Source of the DNA: an uncultured Clostridia bacterium | Lineage (GTDB): Bacteria; Bacillota; Clostridia; TANB77; CAG-508 | Length of the DNA: 64,000 bases | Assembly (NCBI GenBank): GCA_947585105.1 | Contig: CANPWV010000003.1 | Span: forward strand, 221-64,220 | Direction: 5' to 3' | Part shown: piece by piece, positions 28,969-42,700 of the stretch | How positions within the stretch are numbered: the stretch's first letter is position 1 | Layout: each line of letters opens with the position of its first letter | Notes under the pieces: generated by a model | What the model was told of the DNA's origin: nothing | Databases searched by the model: none | The model's input: the letters and a program-made list of their open reading frames with translations, nothing else | Program-made: the position numbers and the translations under genes

Positions 28969-29334
28969 TTATTTGAATAAAACTACAGCGCTAGCAACAG
29001 CATATTCCTTACAATGAGATATACTAACATCAATACTTTCAATTTCAGGTATTTCAGTTTTTAAATTAACTTCTGGTTTTCCACTTTCATTATTTATAAT
29101 TTCAAAATCTGTCCAAGAATAATTTTTATCAAGCTTCATACTTATCGCTTTAAAAATAGCTTCTTTTGCGGAAAATCTAGCAGCGTAATGTTGGAAACGT
29201 TGATTTTTATGGGATTCGCAATAGTCAACTTCTATTTTAGTAAAAATTTCGTCTTTAAATTTTTCTTCATATTTTTCTATCGCTTCTTCTATTCTCTTAA
29301 TCTCTATAATATCTGTTCCACAAGAAATCTTCAA
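28969..29334 (-). CDS. acpS: holo-ACP synthase (4'-phosphopantetheinyl transferase)
   Basis: 121 aa, GTDIIEIKRIEEAI..., FSAKEAIFKA, ISHCKEYAVA. Confidence 0.85.
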   Translation of the reverse strand: MKISCGTDIIEIKRIEEAIEKYEEKFKDEIFTKIEVDYCESHKNQRFQHYAARFSAKEAIFKAISMKLDKNYSWTDFEIINNESGKPEVNLKTEIPEIESIDVSISHCKEYAVASAVVLFK

Positions 29335-29354
29335 GTTAGTTTTCCTTTCTCAAA

Positions 29355-30884
29355 TTATTTTACATATAAGTTTAAATCTTTATCTTCATATAAATGATAT
29401 TTTTCTATAAAATCTATATATATGTTATTATCTAGGTTCACACTAGGTTTTAAGATAACAGTTCCATCTTTTCCTAATACTCCCCATTTTCCATCTTTCT
29501 TTACTACGCAATAGCCAAACTCGTTTTGTTCCTTACCATCATCATAAATATAATTTACAATTAAATCTCCATTTTGATTTACATATCCATATTTTCCGTC
29601 TTTGTTTACTAAGAATAATGTTCTATTTTTCAATACTTCAGTATTTTTCTTTTCTTCAAAATTGAAATTATAATATTTATATTGTCCATCTTCTCTGATT
29701 CTCATGTAACCATCATTTGTGTTCAATTCTGAAATTATAACATTTGAAAGTTTTACTTCTAATTTTCTAGAAATTATATCTGTTGAAGTACCATCAGTAT
29801 TTTCAGCAGTATAGAAATTGCAAGAAGGAATAAAACTCATACTCAAATATTGATAATTAATAACTATATTATTATCAGTTTTTATAACACCATATAAATT
29901 ATTATTTTCAACAATAAAATAATCTTCATAAGCAAATTTTAAATCTTGATATTGAACAGGAATTAGCTCTGTTCCATCTTTAGATATAACACCTTTAAGT
30001 CCATTTGATCCAATTGTTATATAATCTCCATTAATTTCATAAACTCGATCAAAACCGCCATCTTTAACTATATTTAGGCTATTGTCAATAATTTTTAATC
30101 CACTATCATCTTTTACAACATACATATTATTTCCTGAAACATTCTCTATTTCATTATAATTGCAAGCCAAAATTTCTTTTCCTGTTCCACTAAGAACTCC
30201 ATATTTTCCATCTTTATTAACTATATATCCATTATCAGAATTATCACTATTTAAGGTTTCAATATCATTGTAATTGGCTTCTACAACTATCATTCCTAAG
30301 CTAGAATTTACAATTCCTTTCAAATTATCTTTTTCTATAACAATACTTTTTTGAACTCCACTTAAAGCGTAAATATTAGTATATTCAGCTGGAACAATCT
30401 CTTTTCCAGAAAAATCAATTAATCCATATTTTCCATCTTTTTCAAATCTTAAAATGTTATCTTCATACCAGATATTGTTATTATCTGAATTTTCAAGTGG
30501 AGTAACATTATTATATTGTTTTAATATTTCTTTACCTGTTTCATTTAAAATTTTTGTCTTATAGCTTCCATTTTCTTCGTTTACATCATAAACGCAGATA
30601 AACACTGGCTTAGAGCTATTTGGTATAATAATTGATTCATCATAAATAGATTGAATTATATTTTTTCCAGTTCCATCAATTACTCCATATTTTCCACTTT
30701 CATACACTGTAAAATATCTAGTTGGAATAATCATTTCAGTAACTTTACTATCTTTTTTAGTCAATAGTTTTATTACAGAAACAATAACCATTATTAAAAC
30801 AATAATAGCAATTATTGTAGCAAAAACTTTTTTCAAATTTAACTTTGGTTCATTATCATATCTTCTAGCTCTAACTCTATTCAT
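29355..30884 (-). CDS. membrane-anchored WG (KWG) repeat protein
   Basis: N-terminal TM then about 9 repeats of DGKYG(L/V)ID..GKEI(I/V)P..Y. Confidence 0.7.
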   Translation of the reverse strand: MNRVRARRYDNEPKLNLKKVFATIIAIIVLIMVIVSVIKLLTKKDSKVTEMIIPTRYFTVYESGKYGVIDGTGKNIIQSIYDESIIIPNSSKPVFICVYDVNEENGSYKTKILNETGKEILKQYNNVTPLENSDNNNIWYEDNILRFEKDGKYGLIDFSGKEIVPAEYTNIYALSGVQKSIVIEKDNLKGIVNSSLGMIVVEANYNDIETLNSDNSDNGYIVNKDGKYGVLSGTGKEILACNYNEIENVSGNNMYVVKDDSGLKIIDNSLNIVKDGGFDRVYEINGDYITIGSNGLKGVISKDGTELIPVQYQDLKFAYEDYFIVENNNLYGVIKTDNNIVINYQYLSMSFIPSCNFYTAENTDGTSTDIISRKLEVKLSNVIISELNTNDGYMRIREDGQYKYYNFNFEEKKNTEVLKNRTLFLVNKDGKYGYVNQNGDLIVNYIYDDGKEQNEFGYCVVKKDGKWGVLGKDGTVILKPSVNLDNNIYIDFIEKYHLYEDKDLNLYVK

Positions 30885-30974
30885 AAACGACCTCCAAATT
30901 TACATTAAAGATTTTCGTAATTAATATATCATTTTATTTTCACTTTTACAATAGAAATTCAAAATTTTCTACGG

Positions 30975-31010
30975 AAAAACAAAAAAGATGACACTTAAAA
31001 TGTCATCTTT
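30975..31010 (-). terminator. intrinsic terminator after spoIIE
   Basis: stem AAAGATGACA/TGTCATCTTT (30984-30993 / 31001-31010) plus T-run on the minus strand. Confidence 0.6.
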
Positions 31011-31019
31011 AGTCTAAAT

Positions 31020-33431
31020 CTATTTTTTCTTTATTATTCTAGCAACTATTACTGTTATATCATCTTTTGGTAATCCATAGGAATTATCAATTGCTTCACT
31101 TGTAATTAAATCAGATATTTTTTGAACATTATTTGTATTTATATTATTTAAAAATTCTTGAATCCAATCTTTCTTAGATTCATCTTTACTTTCTAAAAGT
31201 CCGTCACTAGACATCAAAATTATATCGCCTTCTTCTAATTCCGCTTCTTGTAATTCTAGCCCAGCATCTTCTACAATTCCAACTGGCAAATTTTTTCCGC
31301 TATATACTTTCACGCCTTTTTTAGATTTAATATAAGTATTACAGCCTCCGTTTTTTGAAATTAAAATATTTCCTTTATATAAATCTAAAATACTCATATC
31401 AACAGTAGCGTACATTTCACTATCTTTATTAAAATTAAGTTCTGAATTAATTAACTTTATTGTTTCATCTTGTTCAAATCCTTTTGAAAGTAAAGTATTT
31501 AAACTATTTATAACAAACTTACTAGCTTTTTTAGCTTTTTCTCCACTTCCCATTCCATCAGATATCGCAAGCAAATATTTTCCATCATTTAATCTCATAG
31601 TCAAATTAGAATCTCCACTAATTCCACCATTTCCATCTTTAGATATTTTTGAGCTTCCAACTTGAAGAGCAAATCTATCTTCTGACGAATAAACCTGAAC
31701 ATAATCACTATTTGAAACATTCTTTTTATCTTTTTGAAATTCAACCTTTGTTCCTAAACTTTTTGAAATTAGTCCTTCTATATTTGAAACTATATTTCTA
31801 TCTCTTAAATTATCTGATGTTTCAAATTTAAGCTCTACAACATATTTTCCATTTTTCAACATATCAACTTTTACAGTTTTTATTTGATACATTTTACCTT
31901 TAAGTAAAGTAATTATCTCTTTTTCTTTTTTATTAAAATCATTATTTTCTTTGCTATTTGTAGAAATATTTGTGATAATATTACTTACATTTTTTAACTC
32001 ATTCTCAAGCTTTTTAGCCTCTTCTTTTTTCACTTTAACTTTTAATTGATTAAATTGTAATTCTTTATATGTTCTATTAGCTATTTTTATTATTTCCTGT
32101 AAATCATCTTTAAGTTTTTGATCTCTTAATAAAATATAATTATTGTATTTTCTAAAAATCTCCAAAGTCTCTTTTTCTGTAATCACATCTTCTTTTACTA
32201 AGCTTTCAAAAAAATCTCCAATTAAGCTTTCATTATTTACTAAATCTTCGTAAAATATATTATTTGAATAATCTTCTAATAAGTCTAAAAAGTTCTCAAC
32301 ATAAACTTCTTTATTCATATTATCAGTTTCTTCATTATTTTTTATAAAGAAATTATTATTCATATCTGTAATTGTTTGGGCAACAGCGCTAATTTTTTCT
32401 TTAATTTCTTCGTAATAGTTTAATCTATGTTCTCCTAAATTCCCAAGCAATTTTTCTTTTGAAATAAGTTCTTCAATTGCTATTTTAAAATTTGATGGGA
32501 CAATTATAAGTCCAATTGTCGCAACAAATATTTCTTTAAGATAATTTATAATTATTTCATTTCCATTATTTAAATAAGTAAGTAGAGCTATTACAAGAGC
32601 AAACCCGCCTATTACACCAATTTTTCCGAGCTTACTTAAAAGCCCAGCTAAAATTCCGCTTACTAAAAATATTAATAATTGGAAAGAATTAATATTTCCT
32701 ATCAAAGTTAAAGTAGCTCCAAGAGCTAGTCCTGAAGTTCCTCCAATTATGATTCCATTTTTCCAACCAAGAACCATAATCAAAAATACTACGAAAATAT
32801 TTACTATACTTAATTCAAATATTCTAATATCTTTAAAAACGGAAAATGAGATTGCTAAAAGTATAGAAGCAGCGATGACCTCTTCTACTGTAAAAGCTCT
32901 CTTTTTTGTAATATCTCTTATAACTACAATTCCATTAACAAAAATTTTGTAAAAAGTATATGTAAGAGCTGATATTATAAATCCAAAGAATACATCAGAA
33001 GCCAAAAAAGTTCCTTTAATATTTTTTAACACAAAATATATAAAAGATGAGAAAAATAATCTTGTCCCAACTTTAAAAACTTCATTTCTATCATAATCAA
33101 AAACTTTTGGCTTAAACATAAAAATTAACAAGAAGAATATTAAAGATGTATAGAAATAACTAGAACAACCAGCCATTCCATGAAATATTGCAACAGAGAT
33201 TATAGAAACGACATATACCATAAAAATAGGTATTGTACTTCCCATACAAGCAGCAACAATAGCTAGTCCAAATGGTAAAATCTCATTTCTGATTTCCACC
33301 ATTGAAACTAGAAAAGTTATAATATAAATAATAATATTATGAGGTTTAAATAATTCTTTTAACAATAGATTTATTTTGTTCTCTTTTAAACTGTCATCAT
33401 CTACTGTATTATCAGAAACATTTTGATACAT
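31020..33431 (-). CDS. spoIIE: stage II sporulation protein E (membrane PP2C phosphatase)
   Basis: about 10 N-terminal TM segments; C-terminal PP2C motifs LAISDGMGSGEKA, MSSDGLLES, DDITVIVARI. Confidence 0.85.
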   Translation of the reverse strand: MYQNVSDNTVDDDSLKENKINLLLKELFKPHNIIIYIITFLVSMVEIRNEILPFGLAIVAACMGSTIPIFMVYVVSIISVAIFHGMAGCSSYFYTSLIFFLLIFMFKPKVFDYDRNEVFKVGTRLFFSSFIYFVLKNIKGTFLASDVFFGFIISALTYTFYKIFVNGIVVIRDITKKRAFTVEEVIAASILLAISFSVFKDIRIFELSIVNIFVVFLIMVLGWKNGIIIGGTSGLALGATLTLIGNINSFQLLIFLVSGILAGLLSKLGKIGVIGGFALVIALLTYLNNGNEIIINYLKEIFVATIGLIIVPSNFKIAIEELISKEKLLGNLGEHRLNYYEEIKEKISAVAQTITDMNNNFFIKNNEETDNMNKEVYVENFLDLLEDYSNNIFYEDLVNNESLIGDFFESLVKEDVITEKETLEIFRKYNNYILLRDQKLKDDLQEIIKIANRTYKELQFNQLKVKVKKEEAKKLENELKNVSNIITNISTNSKENNDFNKKEKEIITLLKGKMYQIKTVKVDMLKNGKYVVELKFETSDNLRDRNIVSNIEGLISKSLGTKVEFQKDKKNVSNSDYVQVYSSEDRFALQVGSSKISKDGNGGISGDSNLTMRLNDGKYLLAISDGMGSGEKAKKASKFVINSLNTLLSKGFEQDETIKLINSELNFNKDSEMYATVDMSILDLYKGNILISKNGGCNTYIKSKKGVKVYSGKNLPVGIVEDAGLELQEAELEEGDIILMSSDGLLESKDESKKDWIQEFLNNINTNNVQKISDLITSEAIDNSYGLPKDDITVIVARIIKKK

Positions 33432-33704
33432 CCTTAACCACCATCAATTTAGAAAAAATAAAATTTTTTTCTAAATTCCTTTCGTATATTTTATAGTAAT
33501 ATTGTATTTCTAAATAACTAGTTTTTTTGTCAAAATTACTATAAAATTTTAAAAATCTTATTGCAATCTGTGATAATTTTTTATAATTTTAGCCAAAATA
33601 TCGTAAAGTTCAATTTGTATTTTATTATACTTTGTAAGAAAATGCAAGAAAATATTACAAAAAGACAAAAAAAATCGAGAAGTTTTAATAAAAAAATTAA
33701 ACTT

Positions 33705-33745
33705 AAATAAGAAAAAGTCCTAAAACTTCATGTTTTAGGACTTTT
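33705..33745 (-). terminator. intrinsic terminator after the 3184-aa gene
   Basis: perfect 14-bp stem AAAAGTCCTAAAAC / GTTTTAGGACTTTT, T-rich tail on the minus strand. Confidence 0.65.
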
Positions 33746-33757
33746 CATATTTAAATT

Positions 33758-36700
33758 TTAGTGTCTAACTAGAACTTTTTTCTTAATGATAACAATTGCT
33801 ACAGCTACCATAATTACAGCTATTAATACAACTATAATTAATTGTGTTGTTCTAGATTCAACTGGACTTAAACCTGTTGGTGGAGATAATGTAATTACCT
33901 CAGTAGCACTAGCATCTTTCTCCTTACCGTTATTTGCAACCGCATAAATTCCAATTGGTTCATCACCATCTAATTGATATGGGTTTGCGTTACCAGCAAT
34001 GTTTCTTGCATCTCTTCTACCAGCTGTATTTTCAAACTTAACTATTTCGGCTAAGTTATCAATATCATTTGCATCTGATTCTGAAGAATAGAATCTAGAA
34101 ACTGTTAATGTCATACTTCCTGTAGATCTATTAGTATTCTTACTCAATCTATATGGTTCTAAGAATTTAATGAAGCTTGGATTTGAACCTGTATCTTGAG
34201 ATTCACCATTTTCCATTGTTAATACTATATTGTTCTTTGAACCAACGATATATTCTTGTAATTTATCACTTATGATTGAATATCTTTCTCCATCAGCTAA
34301 TGTGTCGTTAGCTGTTTTACCAGTTACTCTTCCGTCTGTGTCTAATATTTGAACAGTTGATGGATCTATTAATTTGTTTTCTAGCAAGTATTCAATTTGT
34401 GTAGTTGTCCAGCTTTGATCTCTAGAGATATTATTCATATCTGTAAATTCAACATCTGGATCTATATAATCTAACATTTGATGAACTTTAGTTTTTACTA
34501 TAGTTTCATCTGGTCTTACTCCAACGCCTTGGCTACCTAAGTAGTAAACGCTTCCGAAATAAGTACCATATCCAACATTTTTACCTTCGTAAACTCTTGT
34601 ATCATCTTTATAAGTATGTGTAGAAACTTTAGCAAGTGCTGATTCAAAAGCTTCGCTCTGCAATGTGTTCATATCAATATTAGTTGTATCAATCATTGTC
34701 CATAGATTTTCTAGGTCTTTACTAATTCTATCAGTTTCACTCATATTAAATATTGTGAATTGATATTTAACTTGAATTTGAGTACCTTGAAGAATTTCAC
34801 TATCAACAATTAGGTATCTATAACCTTGATTATTCTTTCCATTTCTGTTTAATGAAGTAATATGGTCGAAGTTTGTTGAAGCTTCTTCATTTAAACTTAC
34901 AGTAGCAGCAATACTTCCATCATCTTTTAATGTATAGCTAATGTCATATATTGCATCTAATATTACTTTATTATCAGATGTCATTAATGTAATTTGTTTA
35001 ATTTGTTTATCTAGAGTAATCTTTGTTTTAGATCTTTCTTCGATACCACAGTCTATGTTTCCAACAGTGTAAGTAATATGTTCAGTACCAACATCTCTAC
35101 CTGTTTGTGTAGCTTTACCATCAATTAAGCCAATTTCAACTCCACCTACATTTTCAGTTCTACTATTATCAATCTTATAAGTATTTTCTACTCCAAGATT
35201 AATCTTAGCAGTTTCTGAATACATATATTGTCCAGAACCTTTAACAGGGTCTGTTAATTTAGCTTCTTGATAATTTCCAAATAAATCAGTATGATCAGCA
35301 TCTTTAACATCTGCTGTAGCTAGTAAAGTTGTGTTAGGATTTGTTAACATTTCAGATTGTGCTGAAATATATAATCTTCTAGCTTCGTCATCACGAGCGT
35401 CGTTTACTCTTAAATCAGATAAACTACTATTAGATAAATCGTGCCATTCGTTATCTACATAACCATCGCCATCTTTATCATTATCAAATCCGATTTGGTA
35501 AGCTGTTGATTTATAGTCTTGACCATTATAAACTACTAATGAATCTTGATTTCCTGTAAATACTTCTTTATCACCATAAACATATCTTACTTTATAGTTA
35601 CCAGCTGGCATATTTACGAATGAATATTCACCGTTCTCTGTAACTGTAGATTGTCTAAATCCTCCAGTTACTGTAGGAATATCAATTGTTTGTCCATTAA
35701 CAGTCATTGTCTTTGGCCAAGCAAATAAGTATTCTTCGTATGAACCATCACCTTTTGGAATTGAGATTGATTCATAAATTTCAACAGTTAAATCATTAAT
35801 TAGTTTATCTCCCTCTTCTGGGTTATATAAACCATTACCAACGACTTGTCCTGAACCGATATCTCTTGTTTGACTATCTTCCCAAACAATACCATTTAAA
35901 ATTCTGTTTTCATCTGAAATTCCAATTGTAATAATTGGTGCTGAATCTGTATCATCTTCATAATATTGTTTTTCATTGTAATTTGTAATATTTATATTAT
36001 CTGGAGCTGAATCTTCATCGACTCTACCAGAAATTTGTGCTGGTGAACTCCATCTATTAGTTGATTTACTTGAATAATATGAAGTAAATTTTGTAATTTC
36101 AGCTGTATTGTGTTTATCACCTAATCTGATTAAATCAGTTAATCCACTATTATCTACGCTATCTCTATTAACTTTAAATGTTACTAGAATAGAAGCTCTT
36201 TCACCTGTAGCTAATTTTCTACCAGCTAGGCTTGAAGTTGTAAGTTTATTATATGTTACTCCATCACTACCTGAATAACTTTGACCTCTAGTCCAAGTAA
36301 CTCCAGATGTTCCAGAAGCTTGATTTCCTGAAGTATAATATGTTACACTTGAAGGTTCTCCAACAACAATTTGGTCGTTTACTTCTTTTCCATTTACATC
36401 TTGAACATATCTAAACTCTTGCTTATCTATTAATGTAAATGAATCATCATAGTAATCAGCAACTTCACCAACAGTTACATCATAAGTATCTGATTGGTTA
36501 TAAACATTAATTGTATATTTTAGGTAAACTTCCATTTCAGTTACATCTAAGTTTACTCCGAATTTTCCGTTATAGAATCCAGCTAACTGATTTCCAGCTT
36601 CACTTCCATTGTAAACTTCAGCTCTGTAATAGTAATCACCTTTATATAAACCAAGTTTATATTCAACTTGAGCATCAGCTACTGCTAATTGTTTATAAAG

Positions 36701-39700
36701 CAATTCTTTATTATTTGGATCACTTAAATCAATTGCAGAGTTGAATCTATATTTTAAAGCTTTTCCATTTACAACTACTAAAGCTTCTGTTAAGTCTTTC
36801 TCTAAAGCTAAGTCTGTAGCTTCACGTTCTACTAAACCTAAGTTTATACTTAAGCAATAATTGTAAACAGCTTCAAATTTATATGTTATCTTGAATACAT
36901 CTGTTATTGTCTTATCCCAACCTCTCAAATGCCAAGCTGTTTTATCATAGTTAGGATCTTGAGTATAGAATGGGAATGTTAAATCTGCGTTTGAAGTACA
37001 AGCTTTAATTTTTAAGTCATCATAAATCATTCCATCTTCATCAGTTGTTACAAGTGTTGAAATTTTTCTAGAATTATCACTATTAAAGAATGATATAGAA
37101 TCAACTGAAGTGTAATTTAATTCTTTTCCACTTCCTGTTGTACCAGTTGTATTTCCTTCAACATCAATAGGATCTTTTCCTTGAATATCGCTAAATGAGT
37201 TGTTGAACGCTTGTCTTTCACCTTCATTATCTACAGCCATTGAATCATTTAAGTATTTATCTCTTTCAGATGTTGAACTATTAATTATAGTTGACCATCT
37301 ATTTTCAACGTCACTGTACATATTATTTGATGAGTCTGCGCCTACATAAGATTTAGCGTTTCCTCCAGCAGTAGCTAAGAATTCTGTTGGTTCATAAGTT
37401 TGACCATCATATTCAAATTCTACATCATAAGTTACGCAATAACTATCTCCATAAGCTTCAAATTCATCTTCTGTGAAAGCTGGTACAGAAATAGCCCCAA
37501 AATTCCAGTTACCATTTCCATCTGTATATGTTACAGGATCTATACGAGTTCTTAAATTGTTTTCGTCATAAGCAAATACTCCGTCTAATCTTCCAACAAC
37601 TTTTCCTGAAGATTTATCAACTAAAGCTCTATAAACAGTCACTTTAACATTTTCTATTCCGGCTTCGCCATCATCGATAACACCATTCTCTCTAGTGTCT
37701 TCTGGTTTACCTACAGCACGGTTTGTATCATCCCAAACCTTACCACCAATCTTCATTGTAAGAATTAATTCTTCATCATATTTCCACTCGTTAGTAACAT
37801 CTACAACAGCTACTCCACCATCTGGTAAAGTATTATCTTGTGAAGAAGATTGTGTACTTACTAAGTGCCATCCAACAGGAAGGTCAGAACTTGGTTCATC
37901 TACAGCAAATACTGGAGCTTCATCTCCGTTCCAAGTAAATGTATCTGATAACCATGTCCAGTTAGTATCTTTTGAAACCATTACTTTTAATGTTAATGTT
38001 TCGTTATTATAAGCTGTTCCTTTATACATGAATTTACCAGTAACTTTTACTAACATTGTAAAGCTTACTGATACATCATCTTCAGAAACTTTATCATTTA
38101 CTTTTAAATTTTTATTTACTCTAATTTGAGCTTGATGTGTGTTTTGATAGTAGTTTGTAGCTACAACAGATACAATTCCTGTTTTTCCATCTTCTAAAGC
38201 TTCTAATGTACCTGAATTTTGTTTATACTCTACTCTATAACCATCATTATCAATCTCAACTACTTCATAAGTTGGAGCGGTTTCTTTCTTAGACCATACA
38301 TACCAGTCACTTCTCCAATATCCTCCTGAAGTTACTGTAACTGTTTTCTCATCTGTTGTTCCATCACTATATGTTACAGTTACTTTAAATGTGAATTCAA
38401 CTCCATCAATTTGATTTCCGTTGTCATCAAGTAAAACTTTGTGAATTTGAATTCTTCCTTTATCATAACCAGCAAAAGTATTTTCAGCAATTACCCAGTT
38501 ATTAAAATGTGGTTCTACTACACCAGTTATAGCTGGTTGAGTATTTGTTTGATGAGCGTTTCTGATACTTACAAATTTTACACCATCAGCAAATGTAGCA
38601 GATTCCTCTGTTACTGTATATGTTGGAGCGTCATCTCTTTCGTCCCAAACAATTTCCTCTGATGTCCATACTGGTCCATCTGCAGTAATCTTAATATCTT
38701 TAATTTCAAGTTTTCTATATTCTTTACCGTTATATTTAAATTTACCTTCTATAGTTAAAGTGAAATTAAATTCTTCGCCAGAAATGATTTCGCTTAAAGC
38801 TTTTTTCTCAATAACAATTTTACCACTAACTGGTTTTTCATCATTACAATCATTTACAGCAATGATATGTGTAATGTCACCAACAAGTGATCCTGTAATT
38901 GTTAAATCTTCTCCTGACTTATTATCTAATTCTTTTACTATTATTTCAGTATCTTTTCTAATACTTACAGTAAATACATCATTTGGAAATTCTGATGTAA
39001 TCTCTGAAATTTCGTATGTTGGAGCTACATCTCCATCCCATTCAAAATATCCAGATACCCAGTCTCTTTCGTCAGCAATAACTATTACATGATTAAATTC
39101 TACTACAGCTCCAGCTGGATATTCTGTAATTTTTGTAGCATCTTCTAAATCATGATATCTAAAAGGTTCTGTACTTGTAACTTTTACATTAAAGTAGAAT
39201 TCTCTACCTTTTAAGTTTTCATTTAAAACCTCTTTAGTTATTTCAATATGACTTCCTTTTGGTTGATCTTTACCATAGTTAATTGCTACTATTTTTACAG
39301 GTTCATTAAGTTTTAAGTTTCCTGTAATTGAATTTCCTTCACCAATTTCTGTTTCATTTGAAATACTTATAAACTTAATTCCTTCAGTGTCAAAGCCGTC
39401 AACAACCTCTGTTACTGTATATTCTGGAGCTTCTCCATCTTCGTCCCAGACAAATACTCCTGAAACCCATGGATTTCCATTAGCTTCTATTTCAATATTA
39501 TTTAAAGTATATGTTTCATTTTCATAATGTCTTCCAGCGTAATCAAATGTACCAGTTACTTCTAAGTTAAACTTAAATATTCTACCTTGTAAATCACTTG
39601 ATGATTTCTTAGAAATTCTAATTGAACCATCAATAAATTTATCTCCTGGTTTGTTTATAGCTGTAATATAATTATAGTCTGTTCCTTCTGAAACTACACC

Positions 39701-42700
39701 TTCGATTTTAGTTGAAGAAGATGTTTTTTCTCTGTTTGAAATACTTACAAATTCAATATTTGCAGGTAAACTAATTTCTTCTACAGTATATCTTGGAGCT
39801 GGATCATCTTCGTTCCAAGTAATTAATTCAGATACCCAGTCTTCACCACCGCAGACAGCTCTAGCGTCTAATACTAAAGTTTCATTAGTATATTGTGTAT
39901 ATTCTCCACTTTCTGTAGCGCTATAATATCTAAATGTACCTGTAATTGTTACTCTAAATGAGAATATGAAATCGTCAATTGATTCATTTTCTGATTCTTT
40001 TATAATAACAATGTGAGCGTTTTTACCATTTCCTTTATTAGTACAAGTTACAACAACCTTTGATGGTGAATCATTAACTGTTTTCTTTAAAGTTCCTTTT
40101 AATTCACCTGAAATTGAATGTGAACTTGTTACAGTTTTATCTCCATTTGAAATACTTACAAATGAATATCCAATAGGAATCTCTATCTCTTCAACAGTGT
40201 ATGTTGGAGCACCATCAGATTCTTCCCAAGTAAATTCGTCTGATAGCCATTCACCTATTGGCAAACTGTCCTTTTCATTTTCATCAGTAGTTTTTTCTGG
40301 AATTTTAACTGTTACTATTTCTTCATAACCTGATCCATCTTTTGTATATTTTGTTCCTTTATATTCAAAATTACCAGTAACATTTACTTTAAATTGAAAT
40401 TCTTTTCCAAATAAATCTTCAGTTTCACCAACTTTATTTATTTGTAATTTACCAGTCATTTTATTTACTCTATCATTTGTTATAATGATAAGAGTTTTTT
40501 CTGGTGTTAATGTACTAGAAAAGTTATTAATTAATCCAGTTCTTATTTCATCAGAAATACTTACAAATTTTGTTCCTTCTGGCATTTCATTTTCATACTC
40601 AGAAATTGTATAACTTGGAATATTTCCTTTTCTCCATACAATTTTAGCTGAGTTCCATTTCCAGTTATTTGAGCTATCTAAATCAACATCAAATGTTTCT
40701 GTTCTAGTACGAATTTGATCTCCGTTATAACCAAATTCTCCAGTTACTGTAAGAGTAGCTCTAAATACTTCTCCTGGTTGTGGAGCAGTTTCACTTACAA
40801 ATCTTTTATCTACTTCAATAACTGTCCAATTAGTTGTAGGGCTATTTGTAGCAGTAGCAACTACTGGAACATTAGAATTTCTTAAATATCCTATTCCATT
40901 ATTTATAACACCATTTACTAATTCGTAATCAGCACCATCTGGAATAATTTCAACTACTCTATATTTAGGAGCTGGACCATACCATCTAAACTCTCCGAAA
41001 TTAGCACTTTGTCCACCTCTTAAGTAGAAATCTTGTACAAATGGATTATTTGATGTATATTCCATTATTGGTCCACCCATATAACCAAATCTACCTGTTA
41101 CATAAACTTGGAAATGGAAGAGCTCGTTTTCCATAGCTGGAGTTGGATTCAATAATCTTTTATCTACTCTTAACCAGCCTCTATTTGCTTCTATATAGTT
41201 TTCAGCAGTTATTACTATATTTTGTCCATCATTTACAACACCTGACCATGGACCATTATTTCTAGTTATTCCAAGCTCTACAACTTGATAACTTGGAGCA
41301 CCTTCGTCATCTGACCAAACAATTGGAATAGATGTAGCTGTTCCATAGCCATTAACTGTTCTAACTGCCAACTCTTGGAATTCCATACCATTTACAAATA
41401 ATTTAAAATAATATGTACCATTTACTGGAATAAAGTTTCCTTGATCATCAAAAGTTCTTTTCTCTATTGTAATTGAGCCAGAATTAATTGAAAATCCTTT
41501 TTCACAAGTTGTATATTCATACCATCTAGCACCTTTTAAACCATGAGCTAACATCTGTGAATCACGAGGTACTACTGATGTACATTCCAAATATGATTCT
41601 CTATAATCAAATACTGTGTAAGTTCTACCTAAGATGTCTCTTTCTTCATGAGTATGATCTATATATTTAGCTGTCCAAGTAACATCTTTGTAGAAACCTT
41701 GATAAATGTCAAGTACTGCACCGGCATTCATATATTTGAATTCAAATTCAAAGTTTTCAATTTCTGTTAAGTCTTCCATATAATTTATTTCAATATAGAA
41801 TACTTCGTTTGGATTTGGATATTTATAATCTTCATTTAAATCTCTAGCTTGATCAGCTAAGAACAAGAAGTTCCAATCTTTCTCAAATTCTAAAACACCT
41901 AAATTACTTAATAGTGTAACATCAGATATTACAGAAAATTCAACTCTGTTTCTTCCAGCTATTTCAGCAATTTCTTTTACATAATCAAGTGAATAAGGTC
42001 CTATTACATATTTATTTGTTAAGTAATTAAATGATACTGTAACTTCATCAGCTTCATTTATTATTCCGTTTTGATCAGCATCATCATTGAATTTTGGCTC
42101 ATATTCAATAACAGGAGCCTCTACACTATCGATTGTAACGTTTCCGTTGCCTTCATCAATAGCAAATTCTTGTAATTCATATTGTAATTCATATATAGAT
42201 GATTTTTTAGTAATTTCTAATATATAATCTTCAAAAGCTTCAGCTTCTTTTGATAAACTATTTGGAGCTACTGGTGAAACTGTTCCACCACAAGTTCCAG
42301 CAATTGTAGTCCACCAAGCAATTTGAATATAACTATATTCTCCTTCAACTTCAGCGTAGAAATAATTATCGTTTTGGTTTACTACTAAACTATAATCTAC
42401 TAAATAAACTGTTCCTGAGCTAGCAGCAACCATATCTCCAACTTCAAGATTACCATTGTTAGAATAATATACATTTTGTCCTGAAGCTCCAACAGCTGAG
42501 TTTTCTTCACCATTTTGTGGATCTTTGTATGAAAAATCACCTTCATATGGCATTAAATTTCCATTTTCATCAGTAGAATATACATAGTATGGATTTCCGT
42601 TTGAATCTTTAGCTAAACTTACATAGTAGCTACCACTTCCAGTATCTATAACATATTGTTGATTAACAACATAAACACTTTCACCTGTTGATAATGGTAT

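Noticed and set aside
33446-33477. 13-bp inverted repeat AATTTAGAAAAAA/TTTTTTCTAAATT just upstream of the spoIIE start
   Set aside because: It is made only of A/T pairs and would be very weak as RNA structure. It may be an operator, but there is no supporting evidence, and I found no perfect 0A box in the spoIIE upstream region.
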